Positions 1-9,600 of a stretch of 64,000 nt of DNA are shown here, one piece after another. The stretch is taken from assembly GCA_964252035.1 (NCBI GenBank), contig OZ176210.1; one strand, given 5' to 3'. Origin of the DNA: Podarcis erhardii (lineage: Eukaryota). Numbering within the stretch: the stretch's first letter is position 1; every line of letters begins with the position of its first letter. The position numbers and the translations under genes are program-made. The notes beneath the pieces are model-generated. The model searched no databases, was not told the DNA's origin, and saw only the letters and a list, made by a program, of their open reading frames with translations.

Positions 1-1347
1 AGCAGGAGATGGTGTCATTTCCAGCATGGACAATCAAATTACTCCAGAGAAGTTGAAAGCCTGTTTGAAGTTGTTCTTGGCTAAGGATGCTTCATATTCT
101 GTTTTTTCTTCCTTATTAAGATGCATGTTGCAATTCCACTTTATGTCGGGGGGAGGAGCAGGCTGGCTGGGTGGGGGGCAAGGAACAGCTTGTTTCTGTA
201 GAAACTAGTCCTTATATTGAATAAATGGAAGAGAGTCTGGAACCAAAAGGGTTGTAAGAAGCAAGCCCTGTTCCATTTCTGGTGGGCAGTTTTGCCTGGG
301 CTCTCCAGACCACAAATTCAAGTGAGGCAGAGGAGCTGCCAACTATACCATGCGGATGCTGGAAGAGGCGTCCGGCATCCTGCCTCAGATCTGCCCTCTT
401 CAGACAGTGCTTCTGTTAGACTGTCCTCCCTCCGTTGCCCGGTGGTGGTTGTAGCTTGTGGGTCGATGTTGCGTAGTGACTTTCCTGCAGTCCCTCCTCT
501 GAGCACCACAAAAGTTGCCGGTTCTCCTTACCATTCCCACTTTGTCAACCAAAACAGAAATACTTAAGCTGTGATCACCCTCGGCAGAGCATGAGCACTC
601 GCAAGAACAACCTGCCAGCACATCCTGCCAGTTTGTTCCTCCTCCCCTTCCCTCTGCCCCCCAGCCCTGGGCAACTTCCTGGGAGGGACGGAGCTGCCAT
701 TCAAGCTAGAGGTTTAGTGTCCTTCCTTTCCCCTTGGGCGATGTTTACTTGTTGTTTGTTTCAGTGGCCACCTTTTAAAATACTCCTAAATAGAAATGTT
801 GGCAATTGTGCACACAAGGTATTTCTCAATGCACCATCACAGATGCTTTCTCCTTCCTGGCTCCCAAATGTGCCATGACTGCCCTTTCCACTAATGTTTC
901 CTCCCCATTCCTGGTTGGAGAGATGCTGCTTAGCTGAGGGCTCCTTGGAAGAGGTCTAGGAAGAGAGGGGAGAAGCAGGGCAGTGCTGCCTGCAACCTGC
1001 AGAGGGAGGGGAAGGAAGCCAGTAAAAAAAGCTGGCTAAGAAAATGGTTCTGCTCTGTTCTCTTTCACCAGCTATTAAACCAGGTGAATAAATAGATTCT
1101 CCTCTCCTCTTCCACCCACAATAGAGCCAGCCTTTATGGTATGATGTACTTTGGGAGGAGTTGTAGGAAAACACCTCTTCACAGGCCTCATTCGTGATGC
1201 TTAGGCAGCTGAATCTCCAGTGAGCAGCTTCCCTGGGAAGCCAAGAAGCTCTTCCTTTAGGCTGCCCTTTACTTTGTCTCGTGCTTTTGTCTGAAGTGTC
1301 CCGATCTTGGACTGGGAGACGCTGCTCAACCTTGTCCTGTCTTCTAG

Positions 1348-1570
1348 CTTTTGAAGACCACGATAGTGCTGTGGATGACAGAGACAGCGACTACCGCAGT
1401 GAGACCAGCAACAGCATTCCTCCCCAGTACCACACCACCTCGCAGCCCAATGCTTCGGTGCACCAGTTCCCCATGGCTTCCCGCCTGCAGCAGCAGGGGG
1501 TCCCCCGAGAGTGCTGTGTGGAGTCCCTGCACGGCTATGATTTGGATTACCACGAACGAGCAGCCATCAG
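1348..1570 (+). CDS. UNC13B: UNC13B exon (A)[22 protein letters not shown]...DYHERAAI, phase 1 to 2
   Basis: Acceptor ttgtcctgtcttctag, donor ATCAG|gtaggt; matches the Munc13 [17 protein letters not shown] motif. Confidence 0.95.
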
Positions 1571-2156
1571 GTAGGTACCCCCTTGGAACCAGGGCGTTTT
1601 CTTTCCCCCAACCACAAATTTATTGGCAGGAGAAACTCACCGTAAGCTACCAAGACTGGGGCTGGCTGCTTCAGACTATCTTGTGGTCAGGTTCTTAAAA
1701 GAAAAGCCATTCTGCTGCTTCAGGGGTGACGGAAGAGCAGTGAGCAACAGCTGCCAGACACGGGTCCCCCCCCCCCCCAGAATAGCCCAGTGGGAGCAAA
1801 GAGAGCTTTGCAGCTGAGCCTCCTCCTTGCGAAGCAGAGCTGGCGGTAAGCAGTTCTTTTTGCTGTGGAATTTTGGGATCCCCAGGTTGTCGCCCTGAGT
1901 GACCAAGAGTGACTGACAATATGTGGACCAATTTCACTTGAGATTGCAAGGCGTGCTGCTCCTCAGGATGCCCCTCTTGCTGAGATTTGGCTTCTGTTGT
2001 CTCGCACCCATCCAGACTCCTACCATGATTGTGCAACCACCAGTCCCACACGCCACACACTTGCTTTCACTTTCCATTTTACGATACTAAGCTGTTTGAA
2101 CCTTCTGTGTTGCTCTTGTCCTTCACGTCTCCCAATGTCTCCTTGCCTTTTTGAAG

Positions 2157-2282
2157 AAGGCGCCATAGCTTAGACTCCACTGTGAGTGGCCGAACTGACC
2201 TGGAATCTGCATCAGAGTCAAGTCAAATGACAAGCCGCCAGCTGTCATTAGAGAGCCGCCACTCACTAGAGGTGTCTGATAG
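2157..2282 (+). CDS. UNC13B: Candidate 126-nt symmetric cassette exon RRHSLDSTVSGRTDLESASESSQMTSRQLSLESRHSLEVSD
   Basis: Long pyrimidine tract then ttttgaag (NAGNAG alternative start 2160), donor GATAG|gtgggt. Phase 2 to 2, open in the UNC13B frame; TGCATG at 2369-2374. Confidence 0.7.
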
Positions 2283-2914
2283 GTGGGTGACCCTCTCCGA
2301 AGCCTCTGTGTCTGTGTCTCGTGACGTGGCTTTGGTCTGCTGGGGTTCCTGGGCTGGCTATCAGTGTTTGCATGAATTCATCCTCTTCCAAGTATAGTTG
2401 CCAGCTGGCTGTTTTCTATTGCTTCTCTTGTTTCAACTGGGTTTTTGTTGCTGTTGACTTCCTCCTTAGGAAAAATGTAGAACGTTTGTATCAGCCCTCT
2501 AAAGAGAGAAGTGATGCAAATCATTAGCTTTCCCCCAAACTAGGCCTTTAAAATCTTAGATCTATCTAATTTATTCTCATATAATTACTTTGGTTTCTAA
2601 TTGTCCTGTCAATACTGTAGCTGGAGTTTTTAGGATTCATGTTTCCAATTCTGACTTGCCCATCATAATCTTGTTTGTGCTGTCCACATGGTTAATGGAA
2701 GTAACCCCAAATAATAATTGGAACAGTTCCTCATTTTGCGCCTTATCAACATGGTTGTTGTTTTTAATTTATTTACCTCTAGCGATAAACCACAAGTAAG
2801 ATAATGGGTTTTTCCTGTTTTGTCACATTGCAAATTTAATTAATTGATGCACTTTATTGTGTGCTTAGTGTAATAACTTATTATTAGTCTGTTGCAAAGG
2901 CCCCTTCTTAAAAT

Positions 2915-3212
2915 CAGGAGGTAAGAGTCCTGCTGGATCAGGCCAGTGGTCCTCCTTCTCCAGCATCCTGTTCTTACAGTGACTGACCAGATGCCTGGGA
3001 GAAGCTCAGAAGGAGGACCAGAGCCCTCCTCTCCGCTCCTCTCCTGCAGTTTACAGCAACTGGGGCTCAGAAGCATCTCTGCCTGCGACCGCGGAGGCAG
3101 AGCAGAGCCATCATGGCTAGTAGACTTTGATAGCCCTTCTCCCCCATGAATTTGTCTAATCCTCTCTTAATCCAAGTTGGTGGCCATCATTGCTTTCTGT
3201 GGGATAAACTCC
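2915..3212 (-). mobile_element. CR1-type LINE 3' fragment
   Basis: gtcctgctggatcaggccagtggtcc...ccagcatcctgttc and tccaagttggtggccatc match my recollection of the reverse complement of squamate CR1 3' ends. Confidence 0.6.
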
Positions 3213-3620
3213 GTTGAGAGGCTCCAGAAAGTGACTTGTAACATTTTAGGTAGCTGCTCATTGACATTTTTAATCTGCAATTCCTGTTCTTAACAGAAGC
3301 TTATAAATAACATACCATACATCACTTTATAGTATACATAACACTGGTATACATGTTTCGTGCTCTCCTACCCCTACAACCCTACTATTTAGCTGCAGTA
3401 ATAGTAAAAGAGAGATTCCTAACATTTCATGTTAATAAATGGATTCATTGTTATGATATTTTAATATACTTTTTGCATGTGATTCACGATATCATTTGGT
3501 CTTTATGAAATGCTCCTTTGCAAGTTTTGTGTTTAAAGCTCTTTTTTCACCCCTCCTGCCCTTTCCTTTTTTTCTTTGCCCTTCTGTCCTTCTTATATTT
3601 TCCCCCTCCACACGTATCAG

Positions 3621-6600
3621 ACCAGGATCTTTAGTTAGCAATGGGAAAGTCAGGATCATTCCATTTGATTACGAAGTTGGCCAAGAACAGGAAGAGTGTG
3701 AAGAGAACTATGAGGAATTAGGCAAACAGTTAATAGAAGATTTTTTAGAAAAAAGTCACAGGACTAGAAGTTCACAGGGACGAAGGAGCCCGAGGCTCTC
3801 GAAAAGGGAGAACTTTGGCCATCATGAAAGAGGAAGATACTCACGGAAGGCTTGCCCAGAATCAGGACATCCTGATGTTCCTTGCTATCCAGAGGAATAT
3901 GACACAATAGACAGGAGAAGAAAGAAGAAGCTGAGATATAACAATTTTGAAGAATGCGAGCGAACTATACTGCAAAGCAGTAGTAACCGGAGATTTTCAT
4001 CAGGCAGCATTAAAGCAAGAACTGAACATAACCTATATCCTGATTATGATGAAACTGAGAAATGGGGCAGCAGCCCCATTGAAAGTGAAGAACAGTTACC
4101 GGAATATCCAGTTCTGCGTCCATACAAGAATGGCCTTCTAGTCAAGAGTGGCAAGTTGTCCACTAACCAACGCGCAAAGCATGACTCAGGATCAGTCCAT
4201 TTTGATGGTGAAAATGAGATCCATTCAGAACAGCCAGCTCACTCTTTTGTGCCATTGGGTGCCCTTAAAGAGTTTGGCAGCTGTTCGTCCAGCGTAATCC
4301 TGTACTCCCCAGTTTCTGATGATGATGATGATGAAATGGAAGAAATAGCAATACTTTCCCAAGCATGGCGTGAATCCAGTGTTCGCCATGTTGGAGACCT
4401 TACTGACGCCCGTACTGGAAGTGCCATATCCCTGTTACCAAGGGACAAAAGCTCACATAGGATGAGAGGAGGAAAGCACGGCTTTCTTAAGCAAGACTTG
4501 ACCCTCTCTCCTGTTGAAGAGCCAACGGAAGAATACGTGGACACAATGGATGAACTGCAGTGCTTAGTTGAAACTGTGTCTGAATACTTAGCTGAAAAAG
4601 AGGAGGAGATTAGCAAATTCGAAACCCTTCCTGCCAGCAAAAACGCAAGCGGTTGTGCCTCTCCCAAACTGGCCGGTGCTGATAAGTTGGCGGAGGAAAG
4701 TGCCCCTTTGGAACATGCAAAGCCAGCCGCTTCTGCTGCAGAGGAGAGTGAGGGCAGCAAAGGCATAACAGAGGCATTGCCAGACTTGTCTGGGGTGAAG
4801 AACACAGTCAGCTCCTTATTTAGTTCTTTCACCGAAAAAGTGGGCTCAGGAACAAAGCACTTAACAGCCTCAGTTGAAAAACTTGTATCTCCCACACCAG
4901 AGAAATCTGAAGCCCCTGGTCAACCTGAGGGAGGCATCACAAGTCTGTTTTCAAGTAAGCCTAAGTCTGAGGGTGCCTCTCCAGAACTGAAAGCAGAAAA
5001 CAAATCGGAGGCCAAGCTGTCCACGGCAGCCTCCCCTTCTGTGACCCAGAGTAGCCGTGAGCGAGAAGCCAGTGATGCCAAGGCCAAGATCCCAGAAAAG
5101 ACGGCAGGAGACGATAAGGCTCCTCCAAGTGTCCAGGATGCTTCAGCAAGCTCTGCTCCACCCTCTTCTCTGGACCCCAGCTCAGTCGTGAACTCCGTCT
5201 TCGGCATGTTCAACCCTTTGAAAATCTTCTCCGAAAAGGAAGCACCGAAAAAAGAGACTGCAAAACAGGAGGAGGCTGGGAAGGTGGAAGCCACGCATGC
5301 CAGTGCTTCTGAAGCCAAGGCAAGTGCAAAGGCAGCTGAAGGCAACGCGACGAAACCCACCAACGTTGCGCCTCCCGAAACGAGCAAGAGCGAGGCAGAG
5401 GCGAGCGCAGGCAGCGGCCCCGTCTCCTCCATCTTTGGCAAGCTGTCGAGCTCCGTTAGTTCTTTCAGCTTGAAAGCCAGTTTTGAGAGCCTGGCTGTTC
5501 CCAAGCAGCCAAGTGGGCCGCAGAAGGCTTCTGATGCGCCGCTGCAGGCCACAAGTCAGCCAGATAAAGTTGTTAAAGAACACCCAGGCATGCCAAGAAA
5601 TCCACAACCTGCAGGGAAAGTGCCAGAAAACAAGCCAAGTGAAGCCAAGAAGGAGACTGGTAACGCTCCGCCATTGGAGCAGGGGGAACCATCTGAGAGC
5701 TTTTTCAGCCCACTTAAGAAATCCTTCAGCCAGTTGCTACTCCCTTCTTCTGCTACTGAAACTGTGCCAAAGGAGCCACCACCGGGCTTGGGGAAAAGTC
5801 ACCATTCTGAAGATGATGTCAGGAAAACAAGCTCCGCAAGCAGCGAACCCAACTTCCCTTTCACCGGTAAGCTCCAGATTCCCTTTTTGAGCGGTTTTGG
5901 CTTTTCAGACAAACCACCGCAGGACAACAAAGAGAAGCCAGGAATTTTCACTTCCTTCTTGAAAGCTGCTTCTGTGGAAAACCTGACAGCTTCAAGAGAT
6001 CAAACTGCCCCACCAAGTTTTAGTGGCAAGCCACCAAATGCTGAAGAGGGTCACAAAAGCAGCAACGCAGAAGCTGCCAAAACGGAGTCGTCAAAGTCTC
6101 AGGCAGTTCCCGAGGCACCGCAGAGAAAAGAGGAGCCGATGAGGAAGAAAGAAACCAGAAAAGAAGATGGTGCACCAAAACGTGGAGATAAAGACCAGGG
6201 TGCCTCAGACACGTCACAAATTGCACAGATGGATCATGATACCAAACGCATGGGTGCTCTGGACCACAAAGATTCCAAATGCAGGGGGGAGCTGGCAGCC
6301 CCCACAAAAGAACCTGACTTAAATGCTACAGCAGGAAAGCCAGTGCTTCCTGGTGGAATCAGAGAGGACCAGGCAATGGATGATACTCAGAAGAAGGCCC
6401 CACAGCCAGGGCAGGGGTTGCTCTCAGGCCTCTTCCGGCGGGCGTCTTCAGACCACATAACCCACACGGAAGAGTCCAATGCTAAAAATGAAACGGACAG
6501 CCAGAAGAGCAGATCAGCTGGCTTACTTTCTGGATTATTTAGGTTTGCTTCAAGTGAAAACCTGACCGAAACTATGCCAGATAAGGCAAAACCAGGCTCT

Positions 6601-9600
6601 CTGGGCATAATGAAATTTTTTGAGAGGAGCGAAGAGACGAGTTCTGGTGACAAGTCCGTTGGCTCACATGTGACTCCTGGTCCCCAAGAAAGCACTGGGG
6701 GGAAACAGGAGACGGGCAGCTTCATAAAGAACTTCATGCAGAGGCCAAAAGAAAAAGCGGAGGAGGCAGTGACCGAGACTGCGAAGGCGAATGGTCATTT
6801 GCCTCACCCAGAACTGAGCAAAATGGACAACGGACATGGTCCCGTCCCTTGGCAACCCCCCTCTCAGAATGCTTTAAGCTCACAGCCAAAGATACAAGAC
6901 TTATCGGGGCAGCCAACTCTTTATAGACAACCTACGGATTCCAATATTTATCAAGCAGTTCTCAACGAAAGGTCAAATGAATTTCTCAATTCCTCTTTGC
7001 GGAATGCTAAATTGTATGGCCACTCAGAGCAGCATCTTGCTCTTGAGGAAACAAGGAGCCACTCTAGCTTTGACTGGGAATATGATACAGGAGCATTTTC
7101 TCTCAATCCCCACCAGGTTTCCTTGCCCGTTTACTACGTCTTGCAGCAGAATTCTGTCCCACTGGCTGAGTTTCTGGAATGGCCAGACTCCAGTGATGCC
7201 GTAGTGAACTTGTGTAAAAAAGATGGCAATGCTAATGTTGTGGATTGGAGGTCAAATGCCAATTTTGATGCCCTGAGCGTAGATTTCAGTGTCATGTCAC
7301 ACGAATCGTTTGATCAGTTAGACTTACAAGATTTAGGTCTAGAAGAAACTGAAATGTGGGCAACACATTCTCTGAATGGAAACTTTCCTCCATTTGATGA
7401 CTGCAGCTATATTTTGGAAGAGATGCCCATGGACTTAAGCTATTCGTCGGCATGTGATGGCAATATGTGGACCTTAATTGATCAGGAGTGCTTGAGCTTG
7501 GAAGGCAGTTTTGTCTATTCATCTTATAGCCAGGAGTACCAGGACTGGCTGATGCTGCTTGAGAAGGGCGTGTGGTGGCCATCGGAAGATGGCGATTGTG
7601 GATATTACATGTACAGGGACGGTCAGTTTGTTTATTCTCTGCTCACCGACCCCACTGGGCAGTATGTCTACATTTGCACTCCTGACACTTACACCTACCC
7701 AGACTACTGGGATTATAATTATCCGCAGAGCATTTTGCAGAGCACTGTCTTGGAAGATGACATGATTGCCGTTTGCGGTTTCAAAGTGCCTCTTGGTAAT
7801 GAAGACGAGTTATTCTGGTTTGCTGAAGAGGAGCAATTGGATAATTACTCTGTAAACAAACCACTTGATTTGTCTGTAGCTCTGCAGAGAAGTGATCAAC
7901 TTATGAACATGAATTTAGAGACCTTTTCACAGATGTTTGAGGAGTCCATTTATTACCAGAGAGAGCAGCCTTTAGACTTTTCAGGGTACAAACTTCAAAA
8001 ACTCAAAGTAGACTTTAGGCCTGAGAATGACATGGAGTGGCGCTCAGAAGAGCCTCCCCTGACCCTTGACCTTAGAGTTCACTCCAGGGTGGCTTCCAGT
8101 GGGAGGCTAAAAGATGATGCTCTGCCCAAACATCTGGACAGGACCCCTGCTGTGACAGTTTCTGAAAGTGCACAGGCAAGACGGTTTGGTTTCCATATAT
8201 TCCAGTCTTCTGCCAAGCCTGAGCCTTCATCGGCGTCTCAAAGTGTTACAGAAGTCAAAACCACCGAAGAAGATAAAAAGCCACCTCTGAATAAAGTTGC
8301 ATCTTTATTCTCGGCTTTGGGTGGCCTGATGGGTAAGGGTTTGGAAACGCATGAGACAGTGGAAGATGCGGCTGTGAAGAAAGAAGAACCGGTGGTGTTG
8401 GGACACAAAAACGATGCTCTTCCAACTATGCCACCCAGGAAAACAGGAGAGGATATGCAAAACCAGCAGCAGACTGAGCATGAACAAGAGAGAAAAGAGA
8501 GAGGCAGATTAGTTAAGTCTGTTAGGGATGAAAAGCCAATGATTTCTCAGAAAAAGCCTCAGCTGGTGAGGTCTTCCTCTCAGCTAAGCCAGGGTCCCGT
8601 GGACAGCAAGACCAGTCAGCTGGATAAAAGTGTTAAGCCTGCTCCCCTCCCAAGTCAACAGAAACCCAAAGTGGGTGAGGATGAACCCAAGAAAACCCAG
8701 CCAGCCCCCAGCCAAGCGCCCACAGAGGCTGAGGGCACGTTGTTTAAAAGTGCTCTCAAGATTCTCAGCCTGGGAGAAGACTCCTCCACAACTGCAGCAC
8801 CCAATAAAAGTCAAGGCCCCGGGTTCTTTGATTTCTTTAAAACGCAGGTCAACAAAGCCCCACAGCCACCGCCAGCACCCCAACCAAATCTGACGAAAAA
8901 TGAAGCTGAGAAGAAAATGCCTCAGGAGAAAGTGGAGCCCCCAGGCATTTCATCATTCTTTGGTTCCATAGGGGATCTTTTCAAAGTCGATGCAGGCCCT
9001 GCCCCACCAAGTGCTGCTGCTCCACCAAAGAGTGGAACCCACACCTCCCTGAAACCGAATGACAACGCGGACCAGCGTGGCAGAGAGCCAAGTAAGAGCA
9101 GCACTCCTGCTCCTCAAATCCCCGTGGAGCAGGCTCGTGGGGAAGCTGCCCAGAAGGCCGCAGTCCCTAAGGAAGAACAGCATGGCAAAGTAGGCAAGGA
9201 AGCTGCTCCAGTGAAGAAGGAGGACATCCCCACCGCTGGGAATGCAGAACCCAAGCCTCCCATGCAGGCAGGACCTCGAATGGACCAAGCAAATCGCTCT
9301 CCAGGGCAGCATGGCCATGGACCAGCTGTTGCACCGGGACCGCAAGGCCATGCAGGAGCCATACCTGGTAAAGCTCAGCCAGGAAAAGCCAGTCAGCCAC
9401 CCAGGGAGTCTGGGTTTAGCCTGCCTTTTGGCTTGTCACAGGCAGCACCTTCGAAGCCTCCGCAGGCCCCGCAGCCGGCTGGCAAGAGCATCTTCTCCTC
9501 CTTCTTCGGTGCCCCAGAGAAAGGCCCTGCTCCTGCCCCAGCTCCAGCAGCTCCTAATGCCAAGCCCCCGGAAGCAGAGGCTCTGTTCAAGATGCCTTCT

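Noticed and set aside
2015-2070. DSYHDCATTSPT peptide resembling the Munc13 DSYHSCHSS motif
   Set aside because: Phase-1 acceptor does not fit the phase-2 chain and there is no suitable donor; likely coincidence.
3496-3620. First 41 residues of the 2990-aa ORF (MVFMKCSF...)
   Set aside because: Read-through of the polypyrimidine tract (F/L/P/S-rich); the real exon starts after the AG at 3620.
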